NCBI GenBank assembly: GCA_963514005.1
Contig: OY740815.1
Span: 4,712,001-4,776,000, forward strand
Length of the DNA stretch: 64,000 bases
From: Raja brachyura
Taxonomy: Eukaryota
Reading direction: 5' to 3'
Of this stretch, positions 1 to 12,580 are shown in pieces. The position numbers and the translations under genes were made by a program. The notes beneath the pieces were generated by a model. The model searched no databases and had not been told where the DNA came from. It saw only the letters and a program-made list of their open reading frames with translations. Every line of letters begins with the position of its first letter. Positions within the stretch are counted from its first letter, which is position 1.

Positions 1-684
1 TAATGCTCTCGGCAGTGGAAAATGCGGGATCTGGCAGCTCCTTTACACAAGTCAATGATGGACAATAGATAACCTTGGTTGTTGTCACAACTTCAGAGCT
101 GAACAGACCCTCAATGTTATGTACTTACAGGTACATGGTTTACTAGTTTGTCAAATATGTTCATGCTTCAGTGAAGCAACATATAGTTTTAAAAGCATCA
201 ACATCTCTCTTCATCAAAAGAGTTGTGATTTTTTTTTAGTCAAAGTAATTCTGAAAAGTCAAACTTAAGTTTGGATAGATTTTGATGAATTTAAGTTTGT
301 ATAAACAAGAACTTTATGCTCAAGTGGAGCAGTCTGAAGCAGGATTTCAGCCGGAAACGTTGCCCATTTCCTTCGCTCCATAGATGCTGCCGCAGTCGCT
401 GAGTTTCTCCAGCATCTTTGTCTACCTTCTAACTTTATGCACAAGTCTCCCAGCAAGGAAACCTTTGTGTTGTTGTACTTTGTTTTACTCTGTGTACACA
501 CAATGAGTTCCTAGAAAATGTCCCTCTTCTGTGTGCGTGGTGCCTGTGAGCATAAATGTGTGTTTAAAGCACTTGTCAATCTCTTAATATCTCCAATGGT
601 TCCAAATATTCTTTTCCATTCACACGTGCTGCTTTGGAAATGCACAAAGTGATTAAAAAAATCTCTCAAACAGTCTATGTACCT

Positions 685-825
685 CATCTTCTTCTTTCTT
701 TCGTGTGGCGTGCACAGCCTAAAGTTGTTGGACAACTTGTTCTATTTGATCTTCCGTTTGTGCACGTCGAGTTGATTGCAATAGTCAAGAGGGCGGACCA
801 CGTGAAGGTTGCAATCTTCCACCCC
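685..825 (-). mobile_element. ~140-nt short retroposon: 5' minimal HDV-like ribozyme, 3' stem-loops, (AAG)n tail (copy 1)
   Basis: Minus strand reads GGGGTGG...GGCTGTGCACGCCACACGAAAGAAAGAAGAAG. Flanked by a degenerate direct repeat, GTCTATGTACCT (673-684) / GTCAATGTACTT (827-838). A second copy with the same ends lies at 52991-53130. Confidence 0.8.
774..825 (-). ncRNA. Minimal HDV-like self-cleaving ribozyme fold (degenerate copy)
   Basis: GGGGUGG(P1) AA GAUUGCA(P2) ACC(P3) UUCACGU(L3) GGU(P3') CCGCCCU(P1', G1-U wobble) CUUGA C UAU UGCAAUC(P2'). The nested double-pseudoknot order matches HDV-like ribozymes. Confidence 0.7.
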
Positions 826-1232
826 TGTCAATGTACTTGTTGAATTTTGATGGCAATTTTCTGCCTTTCTGAGTGGTAATATGATTCAAAGCATGGGTTC
901 TGCTTCTCTACTGATATATCCTGCTGATCTCTAACTCTAGGTGTGCTATGCCTGCTGATGGTTCAGTTGTTGAAGACATAGTGACCAAGGTTCTAAACTG
1001 CCCTCATCTGATCACCATACACAAGCTAACTGAGCAGGCATTATCTGCATCAGTGGGAAGTGCACCAAAGTGTATTTTTCCATTCCACCAAACTATTGGG
1101 AAATTTGGCTGGGCATACCAGGTCAGGATTCTGACGGTGCTTTTAAAAAAAATGTGACTGTTCTGGAATAGCTTATGTTCTTCAATGGCTTCTGAACCAC
1201 AGGGCACAAAGCATATTTGAGAATGGCAGGCA

Positions 1233-1616
1233 GTCATCATCAGCGGTCACTCGAAACTCGGTATGACTGCCCTCTCCATATAGAGGACGCCTGTATGTGA
1301 CTTTGTAACGTGGGGAGCCTGGTGCATAGACAGCTACTACACGTTCCTTGACAGATCTGGGTCAGGATCCAGTGGCATGGAGGCTAAGACGGCCGGGGAC
1401 CCTTTTCTGCTGCAGCCTTCCCAGCCGTTGTGACGCTCCACTAATGTCAGCCATCGTCCTCCGCCTGTTCCACCGTTGAGGTCTTGGTTGGATCGCTCTT
1501 TGTCAGGGACCTCCCCCTCGGCGCTACCAGGAGCATAGCTCCAGACGGCATCGCTCTCAGAATCTCAGGACCACAAAAGCTTCCCCACCACAACAAGGTG
1601 ACAATCCATGGAGAAG
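1233..1616 (-). mobile_element. Non-autonomous RTE (Expander/BovB-type 5' UTR) retroposon with (TGA)n tail and HDV-like 5' fold
   Basis: 5' end CTTCTCCATGGATTGTCACCTTGTTGTGGTGGGGAAGC resembles RTE 5' UTRs. Tail is GCTGATGATGA. 8-bp TSD GGCAGGCA at 1225-1232 and 1617-1624. Confidence 0.7.
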
Positions 1617-2406
1617 GGCAGGCACTGACCAGCGAAGTAAGATTTGTCAAGGGATATGGGGAACAGGCAGTAACTGGGTACTGATTGTAGATGATCGGCC
1701 ATGATCACAGTGAATGGCCAACTCCTGCACCTTTTGTCCATTGTCTGCCCCTATTGACATCCTCCACCAGGGTTTAAATGTCCCTGACTGTGATCCGCTC
1801 TCCCTTTTTATTCTTTTTCTCTTCCATGGCAACTGATATTCCTTGCTTCTTACTGCCAGAATACAACGGGGAGTGTTTCTTAAAGTAATGAAGCCCCATC
1901 GCAGGTTATTGCACAGCCAACTGCTGGGAGCGGCAAAAGAATAACAGCAAAGCAATTGGAGCTCACATCTCTTTCTGTACATGTAAATGTTTGCCATCAA
2001 AAACACTTGGACTTTCTCATGTTAGTGGAGCCAAATCAACACTGGACAATCCTGTAAAGATATTTTTAACACTCCACGACTGGAGATAATTAATTTATAA
2101 GCCTTTATTTAAGAACAAGAAGGAGCAAATGGGCATTAATGCCTTTTAGCCGTGTGAGTGCATTTGGAGTGAAAATGCTGCTTGGTATATTTACAGAATG
2201 ACTCACGGTGATGATGACATTTTTCTACGGGAAACACTTCTGTGCCTAACATTAGATAAACAAATGAGTTCAAGTTGGCTCTTAGCTGAAGAATTATATA
2301 TACTTTCAAATTCTTTCTAAAATGTTATATCATGAAAAAATGCCTCTGGTATTTAAAGAAGTATAAGAACTATAATACTTAACACTCTTGCTCTCTTCCT
2401 CAACAG

Positions 2407-2522
2407 AAAGTTGGAGTCACTGGCCCACCTGATCCACAAGTCCGCTCACCTTCTGTTATTGAATTTGGGAAATATGAGATCCAGACCTGGTATTCCTCTC
2501 CGTATCCCCAGGAATATACCAG
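2407..2522 (+). CDS. KAT6A: KAT6A coding exon (start of MYST domain: [39 protein letters not shown])
   Basis: Hand translation matches MOZ/KAT6A. Pyrimidine tract plus CAG acceptor and AG|GTACAG donor. Ends in phase 2, compatible with the next exon. Confidence 0.95.
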
Positions 2523-3166
2523 GTACAGTATGTCTGAGCGTTGTCTCTTTTTTTTTGTTTATACTTTTGAAAACTAATTTATATCTTTAAAACAAACTAA
2601 CCACTGCAATTGCTGCAATGGAGAGGCATTTGTGGTTGTGTGTTGTCTTGGGAAGGTCTTGATTTGATGCGCAGAGCTATTACAATGAACGTGTTGGGGA
2701 CTGAACTCCCTCTTCCTCCCTCTCCCATCGGGACAATCGTACAGAAGTGGAAAACCGACACCTCCAGGTTCAGGGACCGTTTCTTCCGGTTTTCATAAAA
2801 CTGAACAATCCTACCACAACTAGAGAGCAGTCCTAAACTATTATCTACCTCTTTGGAGACCCTCAGACTATCTTTGATCGAATGCTATGAGACTTTATCT
2901 TGCACTGAAAGTTTTTCACGTTATTTTCCTCAATCATGTATCTGTACACTGTAGATGGCTCGATTGTAATCATGTGTTATCTCCCCGCAGACTGGTTAGC
3001 ACACAACAAAAACTTTTGCTATACCTCGGTGACAATAAACTAAACTCAACAACTCGACTAAAATAAAACCGAGTGCTTTCGTTCAATCGCTGTTAACCCC
3101 TGATGAATTTAAAAAAAGAGAATGTTGCTTACGCAGAGCAGGTCTTTGATGAGAGAAAAAGAGTAA

Positions 3167-3415
3167 AGGGCCTGTCCCACACTCACGAGGTAATTTGCAA
3201 ATTCTCCAGAGTTTTCCCCCTGATTCAAACTCGCAGAATGTTCGTAACAAGTCCGTAGGAGTTCGTAGATACATCGTAGCGGCTCGTTATGCCAGCCGCG
3301 GTTACTCGTGGCATCAGGTAAGTCGGGCCGTTTTTCCAGTCTGTTAAAAAATTTCCACGAGTGAAAAAAATGGTCGGGATGAAAGAATTTAAGTCGTGAA
3401 AGTGCTTCAGGCCCT
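3167..3415. mobile_element. PIF/Harbinger-type MITE
   Basis: TIRs AGGGCCTGTCCCAC / GTGCTTCAGGCCCT (degenerate); flanks TAA / TTA. Confidence 0.8.
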
Positions 3416-3537
3416 TTAATGTATTTAAAACAGACATTGCCGGAACAATGCAGCAGGGCAGGCCACATTTATGGCAACAAAAAAAAAACAGAGTTCATAT
3501 ATGTGGTTGAAGACACTTTGTTGATCTAAAGCCTTAA

Positions 3538-3854
3538 TGGGCCTGTCCCACTTAGGAGATTTTTTAGGCAACTACAGGCGACTAGTTTGCCGCCACATGT
3601 TCTCCGGTGGACGCCGGGAGTAGTCTCCTCAGTCGTGCAAAAAGTCAATGCATCTTTCTGGTCGCTGCTAAATTTTCAACATGTTTAAAAGTGTTCTGGG
3701 ACAGTGGGTTTGACGCCAATGAGCGTAGCTTGACTTCTCCTGACGTAGGTGTTGTCGCCAGGATGACGTAGGTTGTCGCAGGTTTTTCGATGACCTGCTA
3801 CAACTACGCCAGTCGCCGGCGGTTGCCTAAAAATCGCCAAGTGGGACAGGCCCA
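3538..3854. mobile_element. PIF/Harbinger-type MITE
   Basis: TIRs TGGGCCTGTCCCACTT / AAGTGGGACAGGCCCA; TAA TSD on both sides. Confidence 0.85.
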
Positions 3855-6549
3855 TAAGTCTGTTTCTCTTCCCACAGATGCAGCCTGCCTTGCTGGATGT
3901 TTCCAATGTTTTCTGTTTAAATTTTAGATTTTCAGCATCTACCTTTTATTTTGATTTATTGTGTGTTCAGTTCATGATCTTTCTTTAAAGGTGGGAAGGG
4001 GAGGGGTGAGGAGTGGGAAAGACCGAAAGGAAGCGTCTGATCATGCAGTCTGTTAGTATTTGTAATGTGAATGTGAGTTAAAACAAGTATCAAAATCACA
4101 TTATGCATTTAAATGCTAGCTTTGCAGAACGACTTATCTAATTTGCAGGAGAAATAGAGGAAATTATTTGGCTGTTTTAATGTAGAATGAAAAGGTAATT
4201 TGGACTGCGATTCGTATTCTGCATCAGTGATCACCTCCTGAATGATGGGTGTTGAAAAATAGGAATGCGTTCTGCGCCGCAGAATTATTTTAAAGTGGTC
4301 ATAGTCAATGATGGGACTGATCAGAATTACTTCACCCACTAAAGATTATTAATCGCATCCCTCATGTGGAAGATCATTGTTAAGGCTTCATCACAGGGTA
4401 AAAAACCTCCAGATGGTGATTGCACTTTGTCCTTGTTATTAAGCTGAATGACATCATGCAGCATCTCACAGTGGTTGTCGTCAGAAAATACTGTCTCGTG
4501 CACTGAATGTAAGAAAGCTGCTGTTAATCTCCTCCATTAAATCATTTTGATTCCTCTAAAATATATACCTTGCTGTTTCCTTTTGTTACCAGGTGCTTGG
4601 TTATTCAGTGTGTTGCAGGCTGTTTAAAATCAGCAGATTGAAAACACTCTGGTTACGTAGAGGAGTGATTGATTCATCCCTCAGGGCATTCGATTATTCT
4701 GTTCCACTTGGGTTAAACTAGCTGCATTAAGATGTTGGTCAATAGCCACCATGTCAGAGGCGGCTCGTTTGGCGAGGGGGAGAGGGGAGGGTTGGGGAAG
4801 GTAGTGATCTTTTTGCAGTCAAATGTAATAAGACACGCAAGACTGTTGCCGTGCAGGGACCAAATCAACCCCCTGTAGTAAGCTTTGTGATTTCCAAGCC
4901 GGTGCATTCTTGTTTTCAGTAAGGAAACCTTGCTGAGGGCTGGGATTCTTTTATTGTTCAGCTCCAAGTAATCTTACAAGCTCTCCCTGATTGGGCAAAG
5001 AGTGGGTTGTTTACCAGTGTTTGCTGCTGTTTTTCTTCATTCAGCTTTAACCGTTCAAACTGCTGCGGCTTCTCGGTGTGCACAATGGCCCAAATCCTTT
5101 CGCTGTCACTTGTGCCGTGCTGTGATAAAGCCACTCGCCACTTACTCAATGCTGGATTTCAGCACTTCAAATTAAATCCCACTCTCAGGAATTCATGATC
5201 TTCCCACTTAAACATACAATACTGATGGTTTTCATTACCCTGAACACTGAACATTTACCTCATTATACTCCAATCCCTTGTCGCACATTTTCTGTTTGTC
5301 CATTGCGATGTGCTTTAATGAGGCTCATCATCAAAGCTCCAATGCATTTTATGTTGGAATAAGGTATAGAGCCCATTAAATCAAAGAGACACAACCGAGT
5401 GGTTAAATTAGGTTGAGATCTCCTTTTTCAATATCGAAGTATGCTGCTGCACTGATTGTGCCCATTAGTGGATAGTGGTGTAACTAATGAATTGCAGCTC
5501 CCAGCCGTATTACAGCAAATCATGCCTTTAACATGCAAAAATGGCCATTCTCTCAGTTGATAGCGTCAAAGCAAGCGCTGTCTGCTGTCCTTGATATCTC
5601 TGCTTTAATGTGTCATCAGTTAGTGTAGTTAATTAAATTGAACCAATTTGTTTTGGTGAAAATAAAAATTCGCACTTGGACCAATACTCTTTAATGTGGG
5701 ACGATTTTCTTCTCGATTTAATCCCCTCATTTATTCTTCAGAGTATTGACTCTTAGCTTATTCCTGGGCAGCAAGCACCACCTATAGTATCCAGTGATGG
5801 CAGAACGGAGAAGAGGGAAGAGAATAACAGTCTCGTTCAGAAATAAGCCCAGGGAGTTAGTGATTTTTTTTGTCCTAAGTACCAACAGGCTGATCAGGCT
5901 GGCACAGAATGTTGACTCTTAGCAGAAGCACAGATGGTCAACGTGCAGTAAAATTATCTTGTCAAGTGGAAAGAAGAGTTGACGGTGGTGGGATACGTCA
6001 TTGTTTCGCTGTCCTGAAATGGCGTCTTGCAACGGTGTGTGAGGTCGTGTCTCTTCAGCTGAATAAATTCTATCCAGTTTGCCACCCTCTTACATTGGCC
6101 AAGTTCAAGCGGTTTTATTTTGTAATTATTCCTTATAGAATTTGTTTGATATTTGCTTAAACAATATCATTCTAGAAATGGGTCTGCACAGAACGATGAT
6201 AGTTACACGTTTGCAGAAAGCGTTTACTGAGAGAAATATATTGAATTATTGGAATTTTCAAGTGTTCTGACCTGACACCCTGCTAATAAGAGCTGGGCTG
6301 TGAAGATAAGATGCAGAACTAGCCATTTTGGGTGCCAGATGTATTTTTAAAAGTCTACAGCTGCTGCGAAGAAATTAGTCCTGCATTGTAGGGTTGTTTG
6401 CATTGTCTACAGTGGACATAACAGTGTGTGTGCCTGTTAAGTTGTGTTTGGTGAATATGAGCATATCATCTTTTCCATGGAGCTCACTGCCTCTCACTGT
6501 TGGCAGTCACTGCATGCACTTCCATTAAGTACATTCACTCTTTTTTAGA

Positions 6550-6760
6550 TGGCTCCTCACTTTATGTTGCTGCCTCATGATTCCAGCGACCCTGGTTTGA
6601 TCCTAGGGGGGCTGATCGTGTGGAGTTTGCACATTGCTTTCTGTGTGGAGTTTGCACGTACTCGCCAAACTCACAAGGGGGTATCCCAGGTGCTCGGGAT
6701 TCCTCCCAAAGGGTGTGCATGTTGCACGATTAATTGGCCATGGATCCCCGTGCAGGTGGG
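6550..6760 (+). mobile_element. Degenerate tRNA-derived V-SINE (HE1-like)
   Basis: B-box-like GGTTTGATCC and V-domain motif TGTGTGGAGTTTGCAC, partly duplicated. Confidence 0.6.
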
Positions 6761-7119
6761 TGACATCTTGGGGCTGAGGTGCCACGCCGTTTGTCCTCCT
6801 GTGCCCAATACCATCCCTGGCAGGCAGCCTCTCATCACTGAGCTGTTGGGCGACTCAATGCTGTGCGATCTGGTGGCAGCAAACGGGTTCTGTGCCAGGA
6901 TCCCAGCCCGCCCATTTCCTGGCACATCACAATGAGCCCCAACAATAAGTTCCCAGCACAGCAAGATGCATTCCACGCAGATTATTATTTGAATGTTCAG
7001 TGAGATTTCTGGACTGGAGTCTACAATAACTGAGGCCGTGCTAAGCAGGGTGCAAATGCAATCCTACTAATATTCTTTGACAATTCAATTCACCATTAAA
7101 ATGGTTGTGAGAGCTCTAA

Positions 7120-7387
7120 AGGGCCCGTCCCACTGTACGAGCTAATTCAAGAGTTTCCCCTGATTCGAACTCGGAGAATTACGGTAATAGCCGTGTTGAA
7201 AAATGTTGACGAGTCTTCACGAGCTTACAGCGTTTCCCGAGTACCAGCCGTTAGCGTTACGAGCCGCTAAGAGACGTCCCAAGCTCTGACGTACCCGCTA
7301 AGTACATTCTACGTACTTACCACGAGTTAGTTTTTTTTTTAAACTCGGGAGAGCTCTTGAATTACCTCGCACAGTGGGACAGGCCCT
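7120..7387. mobile_element. PIF/Harbinger-type MITE
   Basis: TIRs AGGGCCCGTCCCACTGT / ACAGTGGGACAGGCCCT; TAA TSD. Same subfamily as 20215-20525. Confidence 0.85.
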
Positions 7388-8278
7388 TAAGTCATTTTCC
7401 CACCCTTTGGACTTCATTCCCTCAGTAATCTCTGGGATTTTATTCACATTTGGTTTGGGATTAAATAAAATTATGACATTGATTGAATTTGAGGATATTA
7501 TAATTTATGTTATTTTTTTACGTGTCACACTTGTCAAATTAATTTGAGGCTGCACTCTGCTCCCTGGGGTGTATTCCACTTCCCATCTCCAAGAGTGTTC
7601 TCTTCTGCTGGGGTATAACGAAGTGACTGCCTGTAGTCATTAGAACTGTACATGAATCCTAGTCTGATTTACCTGTACCACAGTGCCTATAGGCTTCTAC
7701 AGTCCATGACTCGGGGCCAGCTTTGTGGCAGGTTTGCTAACGTCAAGATGCTACATTGCGGTGGCACAGAGGGAAAGCCAGGAGGCGCTGTGGTGGTCAA
7801 TCCGCAGTTGTTAAATATACTAGCCGTTACTGTGGGTGAGCTGGCGGGAGATGTGTCCGAACGTTCTCTGTGGGTCTGCAAGTAAATCCTAACACGAGCA
7901 AGTGGCGATATGAGTTTAAGTTTAGTTTAGTTTATTGTCACGTGTACCGAGGTACAGTGATAGGGTTTTGCTTGCGTGCCAACCAGTCAGAGGAATGACA
8001 ATACATGATTACAATCAAGCCATCCACAGTGTACAGTTCCATGATGAAGGGAATAAGGCGAATAACGTTTAGTGCAAGATAAAGTCCGATCAAAGATAGT
8101 CCGTGGGTCTCCATTGAGGTAGACAGTAGCTCAGGACTGCTGTCTGCTTGTGGAAGGATGGTTCAGTTGCCTGATGATAGCAGGGAAGAACCTGTCCCTG
8201 AATCTGCGCGTTTTCACACTTTTGTACCTTTTGCCCGATGGGAATGGGGATATGGGGCTGGGTGGCATTGGTTTTTGA

Positions 8279-8530
<252 letters not shown>

Positions 8531-8839
8531 TAATGCAGAGGTCGGAATATGGCACAGCTTGATAATCAAGTTAACTGTATCACAAACTATTTAGTTTGGG
8601 CTTTGGGGTAATATTCCCATGGTTCCAGGCGTACAACAACCCTACTTTGTAATTGTCCTGGGAAATGTTAGTGTATCTGTAAACTAAACTAAATTAAACC
8701 CTTCATCTGTCAAATAAAAACACAACTTGAATGTCCCTGCTTTGCTATCTAACGCTTTTTGTCTGTTCATCTCTGGCCTTTGTTCAACCATCTGCTAATC
8801 AGAAAAAACTTAGTCACCTGCATCCACCTATCATTTGTG

Positions 8840-9455
8840 CAGGAAAGAACTGTAGATGCTGGTTTACACTGAAGATGGACACAAAATGCTGGAGTAAAGG
8901 GCCTGTCCCACTTTCACGACCTAATTCACGGCCTCTGCCGAGTTTGCCCTTGACTCATACTCGCAGCGAGGTCGTAGCAGGTCGTGATGCTAGTCGTAGG
9001 TACTCGTCGCATCAAGTGGGTCGGGGCGTTTTTTCTGGCATGATGAAAAATGCCCACGAGTTAAAAAAAGGTCGTGAAAGTGGGACAGGCCCTTAACCAG
9101 GCGGGTCAGGCAGCATCTCTGGAGAGAAGGAATAGGGGACACTTCAGACTGAAGAAAAGGTCTCGACCCGAAACGTTACCATTTCCTTTTCTCCAGACAT
9201 GATGCCTGACCCGCTGAGTTACTCCACCATTTTGTGCCTGTTCACCTATCACCTGTCAGAGTTTGTCCCGCCCCCACCTCTTTTCCAGCTTTCTCCCCCC
9301 TCTTCCCCCCCCCCCCCCCCCAACACTGTGATCAGTCAGAAGCATCCCAATCCATAATGTCGCCTATCCATGTTCTCCAGAGATGCTGCCTGACCTGCAG
9401 AGGTGCTCCAGCATTTCTTGTGTCTTTTTTATTAACAGCATCATCAGTTCCTAGT
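8840..9455. mobile_element. Penelope-derived repeat in inverted arrangement, with a hammerhead-like core at 9149-9177 and a nested MITE
   Basis: ACACAAAATGCTGGAGTAA...GCGGGTCAGGCAGCATCTCT and its reverse complement; core CTGAAGAAAAGGTCTCGACCCGAAACGTT. Confidence 0.6.
8898..9093. mobile_element. PIF/Harbinger-type MITE nested in a Penelope-derived repeat
   Basis: Long TIRs AGGGCCTGTCCCACTTTCACGACCT / AGGTCGTGAAAGTGGGACAGGCCCT; TAA duplicated from the host GGAGTAA(C). Confidence 0.9.
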
Positions 9456-9801
9456 GTCTACATTGCTTTGTTGTACTGTGGAATCAAAACTCTCCCCTCA
9501 ATTAAACCGTGAACCTTTTTCAAGTACAAGGATTGTGTTCTATTTGGTTTGCGATCTTTTCATGAGAAATCAACGAGAATTCAAAAATTGTTATTCAACG
9601 TTGAATCACGTTTGGCACAGGCATTGTGTGCTGAAGGGCCTATTCATGTGCGGTATTGTTCTGCGGATCTGTGGGAAACATTTTAGTGATTCCTTCCAAG
9701 ATGCACTTTTAGCCTGGGACCCCTTTTCCTCCATAAGGGTTTTTTTTTCCGCCGTCTTCTCTCCCCTAGTCGTCCTTCAAATAACAATTATTTGTTGATG
9801 A

Positions 9802-10149
<348 letters not shown>

Positions 10150-10929
10150 TGAGTCTTGAGCTTGTCAGTGGAACTTCTATCATCAAACTCCACAATTTTC
10201 TGCAACCATTTCTGCATTGCATACTGTGCACTAGCTCAACTTGTCAACCTACCGTTTTACTCATTGTTCCACGGCCCTCGTTGTCACATCTAAGATTCTG
10301 ACCATTTTCCAGGCTTCATTGGTCACATGAGTGGTTCCAGAGAACTGAACAACTGCTGGTGTTTTATTTAAAAAGGAATAACCGAGTAACTACAGGCCAG
10401 TTAGTTTAACTTCACCGTCAGACACATTATTTAGGGAGCCACATACACCTCAATGCAGAAACGCACAGGTTATTCAAGGACTGTCAGCTTGGATTTGTAA
10501 AGGAAATGCCTGTTAATTTGATTTGGAGGAAACGAGAGTTGACAAGGGCAATGTGTGATGTAGTCTACTTGGAGTTTAGCAAGGCTGTTGACATTGTTCT
10601 ATAAGTAGTTTGTTAAATATGATGAAAGCCCATGGGATCCGAAGGAGAGCAGCAAATTTGAGTCAGTGACAGGAATCTTACAGAAGAGAGCACAAGTTGG
10701 CAGGTGCTTTTGTGACTAGACGCTATAAACGGTGAGAGAGGCCCCTTTGCCTTTGAATTTTATATTAATGATGGTTTAGATTCCTTTTAGATTTAGAAAC
10801 CATAGGACAGGTTTAGAGGGATATGCGGCAAACGAAAGCAGGTGGAACGTAGATGGGGCATCCTTGTTGGCACGGCATGTTGGGCTGAAGGGCATGTATC
10901 GATGGTGTATGACTGCGACTCTTATTCAG

Positions 10930-11215
10930 TGCAATAGACAATAGGTGCAGGAGTAGGCCATTCGGCCCTTCAAGCCAGCACCCCCATTCAGTGTGATCAT
11001 GGCTGATCATCCCCAATCAGTACCCCGTTCCGGCCTTCTCCCCATATCCCCTGACTCCGCTATTTTTAAGAGCCCTATCTAGATCTCTTTTGGAAGTATC
11101 CAAAGAACCTGCCTCCACTGCTCTCCGAGGCAGAGAATTCCACACTCACCACTCTCTGTGATAAAAGTGTTTCCTCGTCTCCGTTCTAAAAAAGTGTTTC
11201 CTCATCCCCGTTCTA
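10930..11215 (-). mobile_element. CR1 (HER1-like) LINE 3' end
   Basis: Reverse complement of the CR1 tail (GGCCTACTCCTGCACCTATTGTCTATTG) found elsewhere in the window. Confidence 0.8.
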
Positions 11216-12089
11216 ATGCACATGGTATGATAAAAAAATTAGCAGTTGATCAAATATTGGCTGTATAGTTGACAGCGAGGACGAGGGGTTTAGACTGTAG
11301 GAAGATGTAGATAGTCTCGTCATGCAGCAAATAAAGGCCGAATAAAATTTAATCCAGAAAAGTGTTAGGTGAGGAATTCAGCAAATTGAAACAAGATGTG
11401 GGGCTATGTAATCAATGGGAAGATACTGAGAGATGTGGAGGAACAGAAGAACCCTGGAGCATGTTAATGGAGATGAAGATACATTACAGGGCAGGCACAA
11501 AAAGCTGGAGCAATTTACAGTAACTCAGCGGGTCACACAGCATCTCTGGAGAAAAGGAAGAGGTGACATTTTGAGTCGAGACCCTTCTTCAGACTGAGAG
11601 TCAGGGGAAAGGGAAACTCTTTTTAAACCAGCATCCGCAGTTCCTTCCTGTACAATACAAGATGTTCTTCCTTATTAGTCGATGCACAGAATATGGATGA
11701 TCCAGATGCTGCTAGTTAGGCCACAGCTGGATGCTCATTACTACTGCCAATCATTGCTGTTGCCCATGAGCCCTGGGTGCACAGAAGTACTTTGAACACC
11801 ACCGGGCCAAACTGAAAATTGCACTCAGTGATTACATTTTGAAACATTAATATTTGTCCCTAATTTATGATAAACCAGAAAGGGCATTATTCCTGAAGGC
11901 GGAGAATTCTATGCTACAAATGATAAATTTCTTGCAAATTGTAAAAGACCACAAAATTAAAGTTTATTAAAATTAAGAGAGAAAAGTTTGGATGACCAAT
12001 ACTTTTATGGCAACCCCTCAATCCAATAGCCTATAAACTCAGGCAAATCGCAAGGTGCTCAAGATCCCAGTATCCGTAGTTTATTGTAA

Positions 12090-12365
12090 CGTGGCGCTGG
12101 AGTTGCTGCCTAACAGCGCCAGAAACCCGAGTTCGATCCTGCCTACGGGTGCTTGTCTGTACAGAGTTTGTACGTTCTCCCCGTGATCTGTGTGTGTTCT
12201 CGCCGAGATCTTCATTTTACTCCCACACTTCAAAGATGTACAGGTTTAGCTTGGCATAAAGTGTAAAATTGTCCATTATGCGCGTGTGGGGTAGTGTTAA
12301 TGTGTGGGGATCACTGGTTGGTGGACCAAGGGCCTGTTACCGCACTGTATCTCTAAACTAAATTA
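12090..12365 (+). mobile_element. tRNA-derived V-SINE (HE1-like)
   Basis: GAGTTCGATCC B-box, V-domain GAGTTTGTACGTTCTCCCCGTG, CTAAACTAAA tail. Confidence 0.8.
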
Positions 12366-12394
12366 TAAATGTAGGAATTAACCTAGGGAGTTGA

Positions 12395-12580
<186 letters not shown>

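Noticed and set aside
2443-2451. RSP instead of the remembered human RCP at the MYST N-terminal edge
   Set aside because: The position appears variable among KAT6 paralogues and is not a catalytic or zinc-ligand residue.
7612-7910. Unassigned moderately GC-rich segment with short ORFs on both strands
   Set aside because: No motif, splice signals, TIR/TSD or convincing structure found by eye.
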